Shown here piece by piece: positions 13,356 through 26,145 of a stretch of DNA of 64,000 bases. Under the pieces are notes generated by a model, which was not told the origin of the DNA, did not search any database, and worked only from the letters and a program-made list of their open reading frames with translations. Every line of letters begins with the position of its first letter. Within the stretch, counting starts at the first letter, position 1. A program made the translations under genes and the position numbers. This DNA is from Malacoraja senta. Taxonomy: Eukaryota. The stretch spans positions 1,056,001 to 1,120,000 of the forward strand of contig CM075992.1 of NCBI GenBank assembly GCA_038087875.1, written 5' to 3'.

Positions 13356-13792
13356 CAGGGGTCGGCAACCTTGTTCTGCATAGGGGCCGGGACACATGTC
13401 TGTGAGCGGATGGCGGCCCACATCTATCACATGTACACATGGATCCCGTCCCCATCCCGCAGGCGTCAAATCACGTGTTCACAGAAGATAGACAAAAATG
13501 CTGGAGAAACTCAGCGGGTGAAGCAGCCTCATGCAATCCTTGCATGTCTCACCCGCTGAGTTTCTCCAGCATTTTTGGCTACCTTTGATTTTTCCAGCAT
13601 CTGCAGTTCTTTCTCAAACGTGTTCACAGAAGTTGCGCGGCCTGGCCGGCGGCTTTGTGCAGGATGCGGTGCAGACAGAGCTCGGCGCTCGGCGGGCCGG
13701 ATGATTATGGGGGAAAAAATTCCGGCTGCGGGCCGGATGATTTCGGGTTATGGGCCGCGTTCGGCCCAGGGGCCATAGGTTGCCGACCCCTG
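13356..13792. mobile_element. hAT-type MITE with nested Penelope fold-back insert
   Basis: TIR CAGGGGTCGGCAACCT; 8-bp TSD GTTTACAG/GTTTAGAG; sits inside a CR1 tail. Nested insert 13488-13617 is flanked by 15-bp ACGTGTTCACAGAAG. Confidence 0.85.
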
Positions 13793-16700
13793 GTTTAGAG
13801 GGATATGGACCAAATGTGGACAAATAGGGCGAGCAATGATAGGGCATCTTGGTCAGTGATGATGAGTTGGACCTAAGTGCCTGTACCCATGCTGTATGGG
13901 TCTATGACTCTTAAGTTGCTGCAAATTCCAACATAAATTCTGCTTCCTTCGCTTTTTAAAGTGTCTCCAATGTATGGGTAAATGGAATTTGATTTTAATA
14001 GATCAGCTGTTATGAGTCCACACATCAACTCCACCCTGCCTCCAGTTCATTAGCTGACAGGGCATTGTCAAGAGACTCTAAATTTGGGAATGTAATGTTG
14101 GCAACTGTGTACGCACCTGATTGAGGATTTAAAGTACTTGGGAAGTACGTCAACTCAAGTGTTTGGCAAGTGTAAAAATGTCGCTTAAGAGCTTTTGTTG
14201 AATATTTCATGCACAATACAATTGAAAACAGGCTGAATAATTAATTAGTCATGTCAAATTGAATCAAGCCAATAGAAGAAGTGGAGAAAATAATTTGACC
14301 ACCACATTGACACCTTATCCTATATCTGCTTATGGGGCTAGTAAACACATGATAACATAGGCCAGCGGTTGGACTTGCCTCTAGAGTTTCAGCTTCAGTG
14401 ACCACTGAAACATTATCTTGTATTCAGTATTATTGCTAATAATGCACCATTCCACAGAAATCTCCCCAAAAAGCATTTTGTACTTTTGCATGATTGTCCT
14501 CATCTGCTGTCTACTTCTGGGACTAGCATGAAGCACATGAGAATGCGAGCCAGCAGTCTTACTTGTCTAAACATTTAGCTCCGGTAAAGTCAGTTTCTCC
14601 CTTGTGGGGGGGGGGGGGGGGGGGGTAGATTACAATATGTAGAAACAAGGAACTGCAGATGCTGGACAATGCACAAAAGGATACAAAGTGTTGGAGTAAT
14701 GGGCTTGTCCCACTTAGGCGACTGGAACAGGGTACTGATTTTGGATGATCAGCCATGATCATATTGAAGGGCCGAATGGCCAACTGCTGCACCTATTTTC
14801 TATGTTTGTCTTGCAGATATTGCCCCATCCTCTCATATCCTCAGTGAACAAGCTGGCGATGGCTTGGAACATGACCTTTGGGGGTTTTGCATACACAAGC
14901 AACATCACCTTACTGCAGGTTGTCTACTGAGCACTAATACCAACACAGTGTGGCCTGGCCTCCAGTTATTTGGGTTCTGTTTTCCACTGGATCAAGGCAT
15001 TGCTCTGACAAGTCAATCTACCTCACATTAAAATAAATGATACACAGGTAATATCCGCTCCACAATATAAAATTCAAGATCCTAAAACCTTGGCAACCCA
15101 CATGTAAAAGGCCAGCAGTGACAGCTCCCTCTGCTGACCCATTGAGTTACTCCAGCATCTTGTGTCTACCCTGAATCTCAGAACGATTCCATCTACCTGG
15201 AGGTACACGACCATGATCGTCACTGCACACCAACTCTGAGAGAAATGCAGAGATCTGCACCATCTGCGATATGTTTTATCAACTACACTATGGCCTTTGA
15301 CAGTCAACTTGAAGGGTCTGTGGAGCAAATCTCAAATTCATCTGAGCATCTTGTGAATACCAGTGTGAACAATCGCAATCATAACAATGTCACACTGTTG
15401 CCCTAAACCTAACCTTATTTAATAATTTTTGCACAATGCTGCACCTCAGCTCCAATGGCAGTGGAACTAACATTCAGAGCTGATGAGAAGCTGTTCATAC
15501 CTCTCTACCCCTTTTTGTCTATCACCGTTACTTTGCGAGTTGAGTATGTCCTCACCATTGTGTGTAAAATTTCCATTGAATCATAGGATTTCTGTCCGTG
15601 TGTTTGGTCTGGTTAATGACTCAATACCCTTTCTACAAATGTCACCCTGTTATCTTAAACTTGAAACATGTTCCCCATGCTGGGGGAGTCCAGAACCAGG
15701 GGTCACAGTTTGAGAATAAGGGGTAGGCCATTTGGGACTGAGATGAGGAAAAACATCTGTGAAATTCTCTGCCACAGAAGGCAGTGGAGGCCAATTTATC
15801 TCTTGGGGCTAACGGAATCAAGGGATATGGGGAATGAGCAGGGACGGGGTATTGATTTATGATCAGCCATGAATGGCAGTGCTGCCTTGAAGGGCGGAAT
15901 GGCCTACTCCTGCGCCTATTTTTCTATGTTTCTAACTCAACCAGGCTGTCCTTGCCTTTACTTCTACTCAGTCCTGTTCACCATTCACAAATTGTCTGTT
16001 AATTTGTATTTGATGATGGTCTGCTGACTCAGCAAAGCCTTGACGTTAACATAGGTTTGTTTTCAAATTCTTTCGTGCTCCCTCACCTCTTGTCTACTGT
16101 CGTCATCTCTACCCGTACGACTCTCTAAGGTCTTTGGCCTCTTCTCCACACCTGGGGATTATAGGTAGCTTTGCCCTAGGCTTGGGAATTTGGTCCTTCG
16201 GTCCACCGAGTCCGTGCTGACCAGCATTCACCCAGCACACTAGGATTATCCTACTTACTAGGGACAAGTTACAATTTTTACCGAAGCCAATTCAGCTACA
16301 AACCTGTATGTCTTTGGTGTGGGAGAGGAAACCGGAGCACCCTGAGAAAACTCAAGCGATCACAGGGAGAACGTACAAACTCCGTACAGATCTGTGCTCA
16401 AAGGCAGCAACTCTACCGCAGCGCCACCATGCCTCCCTTTTCTACCTCTTCGTCTTTCTTTAAAACAATTAAGATTTTGACAGCTTATTCTGATGTCTTA
16501 TGTGGCTGTGTCAGTTTTAGAAACATTCTCATTATAGTGCTATATAAATGAAAGACATCCTATATGTTGTCGAAAGTGTGCTATTCATCACTGCTCACTA
16601 TGCCTTTGCCTATTTTCTTCAAAGGTTATTATATGGACCAGCTGGACAATTTAACCGGCTCGACTTCACTTCAGATTATTAAACACATTGAGAAGTGTGA

Positions 16701-17529
16701 ATGAGTCAGTACCGCAAGGAGAAGGTAATTTTCCTGTGATTTCTTTAATTTAGGCGGGTTTGTCACTTCCTGTGATTAATTAACACCCACATTGTGAATT
16801 TCTCCCTCCGACAAATTTGTTTGCAGTTTCCAGCAATTTGTTTGTTGTCCATGAGATGGAGACAAAGATCTACCAGAGGAACCTGCCATTTCCAGTTCGG
16901 CACCTTCCCTGTGGCATCTTTTTTTAAGCACTGTTGCATTGCATATAATGCAGAAATAGGTTTCTTGTCCAATCGGGTCCATAATATTTTTTATGCTTCA
17001 TATCACTTAGGTAGCCATCTTTAAGTTACACAATCTAAACCTTGCACTCCATTCTAATTAGAATCCTTGGCTCTTGGCTATCATCACGAAAGCTAGCGTC
17101 CTGAGCTGAAGCTGGAGTAACCAATTCTTGAGGATTATCCTGATGCCACCAATAAATGAAGGTTGCTCTGCAGCTTCCCACTGTGAGCAAATGTAGACAG
17201 AAATCAGAAGTGCTACTTGGATGACCTTCTAAATCTGTCATTTCCACTGCCAAGAAGGGCAAGGAGAGTAGGTGCAACAATATCTCATCATCTGTAGATT
17301 CCCCTCCAAGTAGCAGTACTCTCGCTTAGAAATGTATCACTGATCCTTCATCATTGCTGTATCTAAATCCTGGAACTCACTACTCCACGGCAGAGTTGGA
17401 GTAACTTCAAATGAGCAGATGAAGAAGGTGAAGGTAGACAAAAACGCTGGAGAAACTCAGCAGGTGAGGCAGCATCTATGGAGCGAAGGAATAGGCGATG
17501 TTTCGGGTTGAGACCGCACCCCCTCACCA

Positions 17530-17561
17530 GTCTGAAGAAGGGTCTCGACCCGAAACGTCAC
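17530..17561 (+). ncRNA. Minimal hammerhead motif
   Basis: Intact CTGAAGAAGGGTCTCGACCCGAAACGTC within a fold-back Penelope-derived insert. Confidence 0.7.
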
Positions 17562-18479
17562 CTATTTCCTTCGCTCCATAGATGCTGTCTCACCCACTGA
17601 GCTTCTCCAGCATTTTTTGTCTACTTTAGATTTATCCAGCATCTGCAGTTCCTTCTTAAACAATTCAAAAAGGTGGCTCACCAACACCTTCTCAACTGCA
17701 GATGGGGACAGGTAGTAAACTCTGGTTCATAGGTTCTAGGATCATAATTAAGCCATTTGGCCCATCAGGTCTACTCCACCATTCAATCATGGCTGATCTA
17801 TCTGTCCCTCAACCCCATTCTCCTGCCTTCTCCCCATAACCCCTGACACCCATATTAATCAAGAATCTGTCAATCTCCACCTTAAAAATATCCATTAACT
17901 TGGCCTCCACAGCCATCTTCTCAGTTACATGCAGATCCTGTAAAGGAATAAATGTTTAAAAAAAGATAAATTATACAAATGTCAGAAGCGGAAAAAGGAA
18001 TATTTGACGATTGGTCAAATGGTCTTTTCTGCACTGGGCAAATGGAAGTTAGTGCAGTAAAAGACAAGAGGCGTGAAAAGGCCAGTGATGAGAATGTTGG
18101 AACAGGAAGTCCTTTAATGGAATTCCAGGGATAGACACGCAAAGTTGGAGTGACCCAGCGGGACAGGCAGCATCTCTGGAGAGAAGGAATGGATGACGTT
18201 TCGGATCAAGACCCTACTTCAGACCCGAAATGTCACCCATTCCTTCTCTCCAGAGATGTTGCCTGTCCCACTGAGCTACTCCAGATTTTTGTGTCTACGG
18301 TTTAAACCAGGATCTGCAGTTCCTTCCTGAACATGAAATTCCAGGGACACAGTCATTGAGTGATGCCTACACTAGATACCAGCCTCTGGCCTGGAGTTTC
18401 TTCACCTAGATTCGTTCAAATCAGCGTAAAAGACTGAGGAAGTTTACAGACACAAGGAACTGAAGATGCTGGTTTCACA

Positions 18480-18960
18480 GTGCTGGAGTAATTTAGCAGG
18501 TCAGGCAGCATCTGTGGAGAACATGGATAGGTGACGTTTCACAGAGTGCTGGAGTAACTCAGCGGGTCAGGCAGCATCTGTGGAGAACATGGATAGGTGA
18601 CGTTTCACGGAGTGCTGGAGTAACTCAGCGGGTCAGGCAGCATCTGTGGAGAACATGGATAGGTGACGTTTCACGGAGTGCTGGAGTAACTCAGCGGGTC
18701 AGGCAGCATCTGTGGAGAACATGGATAGGTGACGTTTCACAGAGTGCTGAAGTAACTCAGCGGGTCAGGCAGCATCTGTGGAGAACATGGATAGGTGACG
18801 TTTCACAGAGTGCTGGAGTAACTCAGCGGGTCAGGCAGCATCTGTGGAGAACATGGATAGGTGACGTTTCACAGAGTGCTGGAGTAACTCAGCGGGTCAG
18901 GCAGCATCTCAGGAGAACATGGATAGGCGACGTTTTGGGTTGGGACGCTTCGTCAGACTG
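18480..18960 (-). repeat. Tandem array of about 7 x 66-bp Penelope pLTR-derived units
   Basis: Unit GTGCTGGAGTAACTCAGCGGGTCAGGCAGCATCTGTGGAGAACATGGATAGGTGACGTTTCACAGA. Confidence 0.9.
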
Positions 18961-19046
18961 GTGGTTTTGCATTGTTTTTATTGAATGGTGGAAGAAAGAA
19001 ACAGGGTACTGGATCCAGACCTGTCCACAAAACTGCCTGTGGTCTC

Positions 19047-19082
19047 GGGTCTGAAGAAGGGTCTCGACCTGAAACGTCACCC
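19047..19082 (+). ncRNA. Minimal hammerhead motif with 4-bp stem I
   Basis: GGGT-CTGAAGA-AGGGTCTCGACCT-GAAAC-GTC-ACCC; GGGT/ACCC closes stem I. Confidence 0.65.
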
Positions 19083-20139
19083 ATTCCTTCTCTCCAGAGA
19101 TGCTGCCTGTCCCGCTGAGTTACTCCGGCATTTTGTGTCTGTCTCGGGTTGTAATGTACATGTTGGGTTTCCTCAGCGGTGCTCCTTGGTGGCTTTTCAA
19201 GGAGGCTCCTTTAAATTGAGCTCTATTGGCAGAACCTGACTAATGCACACCATTGAAGCAAATAAATGATTCACTATGGTTTATTTGAAAATCATTTTCA
19301 GTGATTTAAAATCAGATTATTCGCAGGTGCTGCTTCGGACACACTTATTAAAAAATTCATTTTCAACTATATTTATAAAACTGTAAAATACATCAATTAC
19401 TTTTTATTGTGAAGTGGGAATAAAAACAAACAACTCTGTCCTATTACATTGACTGATTTATATAGATTGTGGAAAATTTTACATTTTTCAACCCCCTCCA
19501 AACTGTTAATGGTAATTTATCATTGTAAGAACTGCCGTGTGGGGACAATGAAGTATAAATAGATCACGTTGCATAACAGATTCAAAGCCTCATGTCCATA
19601 GAAGATCGATCAATATTGCACAAGAACAGACCCTTCAGTCCACAATATGAATGAACGAATGAATACGATTATTGGCCAAATATTCACATACAAGGAATTT
19701 GCCTTGGTGCTCCGACCACAAGTGACAACATGACATACAGTGACAGCTAGGAATGACACATAAAACATTAAACATTAATAAAAAAACATTATTGATTAAA
19801 CATGTGAATTTCACAAAATACCAGAGCAAACGGAAGCTACAGATTTTTGGTTATTGAGTAGAGCTACTACTTGTGGAAAGAAAGGTGTTTCCATGCTGTA
19901 TCTCTAAACTAATTCTGTGGGATTCTCTGCCTCAGAAGGTGGTGGAGGCCAATTCTCTGGATGCTTTCAAGAGAGAGTTGGATAGAGCTCTTAAAGGTAG
20001 CGGAGTCAGGGGATATGGGGAGAAGGCAGGAACGGGGTACTGAGTGTGGATGATCAGCCATGATCACAGTGAATGGCGGTGCTGGCTCGAAGGGCCGAAT
20101 GGCCTACTCCTGCACCTATTGTCTATTGTCTAAACTAAA

Positions 20140-20530
20140 ACATCACTTATCCATGTTCTCCAGGGATGCTGCCTGACCCGTTAAGTTACTCCAGCACTCT
20201 GTGAAACGTCACCTATCCATGTTCTCCACAGATGCTGCCTGACCCACTGAGTTACTCCAGCACTCTGTGAAACGTCACCTATCCATGTTCTCCAGAGATG
20301 CTGCCTGACCCGCTGAGTTACTCCAGCACTTTGTGAAACGTCACCTATCCATGTTCTCCAGAAATGCTGCCTGACCCGCTGAGTTACTCCAGCACTCTGT
20401 GAAACGTCACCTATCCATGTTCTCCACAGATGCTGCCTGACCCGCTGAGTTACTCCAGCACACTGTGAAACGTCACCTATCCACGTTCTCTAGAGATGCT
20501 GCCTGACCCGCTGTGTTATTCCAGCACCAT
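20140..20530 (+). repeat. Tandem array of about 6 x 66-bp units, opposite orientation to the 18.5-kb array
   Basis: Reverse complement of the same 66-bp unit. Confidence 0.9.
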
Positions 20531-21574
20531 GTGACTTTTTGTAAACCAGTGCCTCTTGTAATCTGAACATCCGGCCCTGGTTTTTCCCTCCATAGTTGCT
20601 GCTATACCTGCTGGGCAATTCCCAGCATTATCTGATTCCTATCTTGCCGTTTGCTGTGGTTGACCAGCCCTGGATGACTCCAGACTGGTCAATATTGTTG
20701 AGTGCTTTCAAAATCAATAGAGATAGTCTGGTGTGGCTGGATAAACTCAGGACGAAGAGTCTGCAGTAAAGTCAAAATGTGTTCACAAAGCAAAATTATC
20801 TGTCAATAAAACGGCAGACATCGTCTGACCAAGTATGATCAAGTGCCCCATTCTAACCACAGTCACTGATGATGAACTGAATGACATGGATGAAATGGGC
20901 GGCACTCTGGCATAGCTTGTAGAGCTGCTTTCACAATGCCAGGGACCCAGGGTTATTCCTCACCAACTTGTGCCTCGTATCCTCATTCCTCATCTCATAC
21001 TTTTTGTCTTTTCCTCTCTGACCTTGTATCCACCTATCACTTGCCAGGTTTTGTCCCGTCCTCGCCTCTCTTCCAGCTCTCTTTCCCCCCCCCATCCAGT
21101 CCCCATCACAGTCGGTCTGAAGAAGGGTCCCAACCCGAAGCATCATCTACCCTTGTTCTCCAGAGATGTTGCCTGACCTGAGTTACTCCAGCGCTCTGTG
21201 TGTTTTTCTATAAACTAGCATCTGCAGTTCCTTGTGGTTCCTTTGGGCATGGACTGTGCCACCAAGGGGTGGTGGTGGACGAAGATACAATCGTGATATT
21301 GAAGAGACTTCTGGATGGACACACAGATCAGTGGGAATGGAGAGGCATGGGTTATGTGAAGGTAGATTAGAGATGGTCTTGGCATCATGTGTGGCACAGA
21401 CATTGTGGGCCGAAAGGCCTTTTCTTGTTCTGTAATATTCTATGTTCCATATCAGGTGCAATGTAGATAATTATACATAATAAGAGGGAAATTCATCCAT
21501 GATCAGTGCATAGATAAGGTTAACAGTAGTAAACATCTTTGCATAAAGGAGATGGGTTTAACCTGAAGATCTTG

Positions 21575-21891
21575 GTTTAGTTTCGTTTAGTTTAGAGATA
21601 CAGCGCGGAAACAGGCCCTTCGGCCCACCGAGTCCGCGCCGACCAGCGATCCCCGCACATTAACACCATCCTACACCCACTAGGGACTATTTACACAAAC
21701 ACCAAGCCAATTAACCTACAAACCTGTACGTCTTTGGAGTGTGGGAGGAAACCGAAGATCTCGGAGAAAACCCACGCAGGTCACGGGGAGAACGTGCAAA
21801 CTCCGTACAGACAGCATCCGTAGTCGGGATTGAACCCGGGTATCCAGCGCTGTAAGGCAGCATCTCTACCGCTGCACCACCGTGGCCACCC
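21575..21891 (-). mobile_element. Full-length V-SINE (HE1-like)
   Basis: Reverse complement of the 52.8-kb copy. Confidence 0.85.
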
Positions 21892-22988
21892 TCAAGGCAA
21901 GGCGTAAGCGCTTTAGATCATATATGAAAGAGAGAAAGACAACTCAAGTGGTATTGTTTGCACATGCACAATTATACAGAATACAGATACAGGTACAGAT
22001 ACAATGAGAAATCTTGCTTGCAGCAGCATCACAGTCAAATAGACTCAAACACACAAAAGCAAATCATAATTAAATCATACATAAATTAAACATAACATTT
22101 CTAAAACAAAGAAGATTGCAAAAATAAAGAACATGCTTCCAGGAGAGGTGGTGGAAGCAGAAACAACAGCAAGGTTTAAGAGTCATTTAGACAGACACCA
22201 GAACAGGCAAGTAATAGAGGGATACAGACCACATGGAGGTAGATGGGGGTTAGATTAGATTGGCTTCACGGTCAGGGCATGCATGGTGGGTCGAAGGGCC
22301 TGGTCCTGAGCTGTATTGTTCTCTGTTCATTTCCTGCTGGATATACACCAGGTGGTTCGAGTCTGATCAGTGCCCAAGAAAACAAATGTTGCATGGTTGA
22401 ATTTAAAAGCCAATGTGCCTGTAAAGTTAACAACTGGCCTACACGAGGATAAGAGGACAGCTGGCATTTCAATCAGCTCTGATATATAAGATTGATTCTC
22501 TGTCAGCTGGAAGCAGCACTGCCATAAACCGAAAATCAAATAAAACGCAAATGCTGCAAATCTGAAACCAAAACAGTCCAGATTCAGGGACAGTTTCTTC
22601 CCAGCTGTTATCAGGCAACTGAACCATCCAACCAACAACTAGAGAGCGGTCCTGAACTACTATCTACCTCATTGGTGACCCTCTTTGATCGGACATTACT
22701 GGCACTCGATTGTAATCAGGTATTGTCTTTCCGCTGACTGGTTAGCACGCAACAAAAAGCTTTTCAGTGTACCTTGGTACATGTGACAATAAACTCAACT
22801 CAACTCAACGAAAAGGCTGGAGACACTCAGCTTGTTGGGTAGAATTTATCTTTCATTTCCTAACCCTCACAGGAGGAAGGGTCTATGATCTGAGACATTA
22901 ATTCTCTCTCTATGGATGCTGCCCAACCTGAAGAGCATTTCCAGCATTTTCAGTTTATTCCAGGCATAACTTCAGTGGAAAGAAAAGG

Positions 22989-23531
22989 CACAGAGTGCTG
23001 GAGTAACTCAGCGGGTCAGGCAGCATCTGTGGAGAACATGGATAGGTGACGTTTCACAGAGTGCTGGAGTAACTCAGCGGGTCAGGCAGCATCTGTGGAG
23101 CGAAGGAAATGGGCAACCTTTCGGGCCGAAACCCTGAAGGAAATAGGCAACGTTTCGGGCTGAAACCCGGAAGGGTTTCGGGCCGAAACGTTGCCTATTT
23201 CCTTCGCTCCATAGATGCTGCCGGAACATGGATAGGTGACGTTTCACAGAGTGCTGGAGTAACTCAGCGGGTCAGGCAGCATCTGTGGAGAACACGGACA
23301 GGTGACGTATCACAAAGTGCTGGAGTAACTCAGCGGGTCAGGCAGCATCTGTGGGGAACATGGATAGGTGACGTTTCACAGAGTGCTGGAGCAACTCAGC
23401 GGGTCAGGCAGCATCTGTGGAGAACATGGATAGGTGACGTTTCACAGAGTGCTGGAGTAACTCAGCGGGTCAGGCAGCATCTGTGGAGAACACGGACAGG
23501 TGACGTTTCGGGTTGAGACTCTTCTTCAGAC
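22989..23531 (-). repeat. Composite 66-bp array with internal fold-back insert
   Basis: 66-bp units interrupted by a roughly 125-bp segment from the GUU subfamily; ends in a degenerate minus-strand hammerhead. Confidence 0.85.
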
Positions 23532-24182
23532 TTCTAACCAGTAGTGTTGGTGTCAGCTGCAATCTGATGTCACTGTGGTGCCTTGCAAGTGGCTGGTCAT
23601 GGGGTAATAATGGGACGGATGCCTGGATAACTAGGGGAAAGAAAGAAGAAAGTAATTACTTTTCTGCAGGATGAAGTGCTGGAGAGGGAAATCAGTCATG
23701 AAGTCTTCTCGCTGAACTTCCTCTGCAGGATGCAATGGAAACCAAATTCCCTGCTGCCCAAAGAGACAATGTTGAGAGCACTTTAGAATAAAGGATGCTA
23801 ATCTGCATCATTGGTAAGGCAAGCTGAGATGCTGTGTGGATGATATCTGCAATCCAGGTTAATTCAGGACAGCGACAGACTGAGCCAAGTGAAATTAACT
23901 CAGTGTTCCCTGCCGAGGGAAGCTCGCCGTTCACACGGTGAGCTACTGAAGCATGGAACACTTTGCTACTGAGAGACTATAATTTAACAGGCTGTTGAAG
24001 AAATGTTTGAAAGCTAGCAACATAAAACAATACAAGGGAGTGGCAGAGAAATAAGAAGAGGTTGTTTTACTTTTATTGGTATCCCCGATCAATGAAAGCA
24101 ATACAGATTATTTGGCTGCCACAGTGGACCCTTGCTCCGCATGAAGCTGGCTACTGCCTTCCCTTCAGCGTTTCATTCGATG

Positions 24183-24630
24183 CAGTCTGAAGAAGGGTCC
24201 CGACCCAAAACATCACCAATCCATGGTCAACAGAGTTTGAAAAAAGGTCCTGACCCAAAACGTCACCTAATCGTGTTCCCCTGACTCCAAAGAAGGGTTC
24301 CTGACCCGAAAAACAACCTATCCATGTTCTTCACAGTCTGAAGAAGGGTCCTGACCTGAACTGCCACCCTTTCCATTTTCTCCAGAGATGTTACCTGACC
24401 CGCTGAGTTACTCCATCACTTAGTTTCTTTTTTTTTATAAACCAGCACCTGCAGTTCCTTGTTTCCTATCCATCACCACGTCACCTATCCATGTTCTTCA
24501 GAGTCTGAAGAAGGGTCTTGACCTGAAATGTCACCTATCCATGTTCTCCAAAGATGCTACCTGACCTGCTGAGTTACTCTAGCACTCTGTATCTTATTTT
24601 GTAAACCAGCATCTGCAGCTCCTTGTTTGT
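24183..24630 (+). repeat. Degenerate tandem of about 50-bp hammerhead-containing units
   Basis: CTGAAGAAGGGTCC.GACC..AA-like cores at about 24187, 24237, 24287, 24338 and 24505. Confidence 0.7.
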
Positions 24631-26145
24631 ACATTTGACATTAGATACAGACTATTCCACCCCCACTTCTCCCCATGTCCCTCCCTCTGGTTTTACATTT
24701 AAACTCATTTACTTATCTGACACCCTTTGTCTCTTTCTTACCTCTCACCTTGTCACTTACTCCAACCATCTGCCAACCTCACTGTAGAACATAAAGTACT
24801 GGAGCAAATCATTGCTAGGACAAAAATGCTGGAGAAACACAGCGGGTGAGGCAGCATATGTGGAGTGAAGGAAATAGGCGACGTTTTGGGTAGAGACCCT
24901 TCTTCAGACCCTTTTCAATCATTGGGTCAGGCAGCATCTCTGGAAGACATGGACAGGTGACATTTCTAATTGGGACCCTTCATCAGTGCTAATCCAGTTC
25001 TATGCTAGATTCCAGCACCTGCAGTTCCTTGCCCCCCCCCCCCCCCCACCCCATCACCTGCATCCATCTATCACTTGTGGATGAGGAAAAACTTTTTCAC
25101 CCACAGAGTTGTGAATCTGCGAAATTCTCTGCCTCAGAAGGCAGTGGAGGCCAATTCACTGGAGGCTTTCAAGAGAGAGTTAGATAGAGCTCTTAAAGAT
25201 AGCGGAGTGAAGGGATATGGGGAGAAGGCAGGAACGGGGTACTGATTGTGGATGATCAACCATGATCACATTGAATGGTGGTGCTGGCTCGAAGGGCCGA
25301 ATGGCCTACTCCTGCACCTATTGTCTATTGTCTATTGCCAGACTGCGTCCCACACCCCCACCTCTCTTTTCTTCCTTTCTCTCCCCTACAATCAGTCTAA
25401 AGAAGGGTCCTTACACAAAGTGTCCTGTCCTTTTCCTCCAGAGATGCTGCCTGACCCGCTGAGTTCCTCCACCATTTTGTGTTTTGCCCAAGATTTCAGC
25501 AACTGCTGTTTCTTGTGTCTTCATTCGGTACAGGGTGCTTCAAGGTGTTTAAATGTCCTGAAAGGTGTTAACAAGTGCAAGCTCTTTCCAGTGTTGGCGC
25601 GTTCACTGTGAGCTAAAAGAACGCTGCACGGTTTGGAGTGTGGGAGGAAACCGGAGCACCCGGAGAAAACCCACACGGTCACAAGAAAAACATACAAACT
25701 CCACACGGTCAGCACCGTGTTTTCCTCCCACATTCCAAAGACGTGCAGGTTTTGTCTGTAAATTATCCCCAGTGTATAGAATAGAGCTAGTGTGCGGGTG
25801 ATCGCTGGTTGGTCAGGATCAAACTCAGTCTCTGCCGCTGTCGAGCAGCAACTCTACCACTGCACCACTGTTTGTATTCTTCCTCGATGGAGTTTTAACC
25901 GCTGTCTTCATCAAGATGACTGGTGATGTTCTGTGTAGCTGCTAATCTATCTTACTTTATGGACTTTAGCTACGAGGATGGAATTTTGTTCATACATATA
26001 AATCCTTAATAATGATCACACTTTCCTTTAGATGTTCTTACTTTCAGGTGGAATTAATGATTGAATTTGGGGGTCAAACAATGAGGCTGGCTCGCAAACT
26101 CTGCTGCTAATTCCCTGGATTCAACAGACTGTGTTTAAACACTAA

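Noticed and set aside
18480..18960. CRISPR-like regular repeats
   Set aside because: Units abut with no unique spacers, the context is eukaryotic and there are no cas genes.
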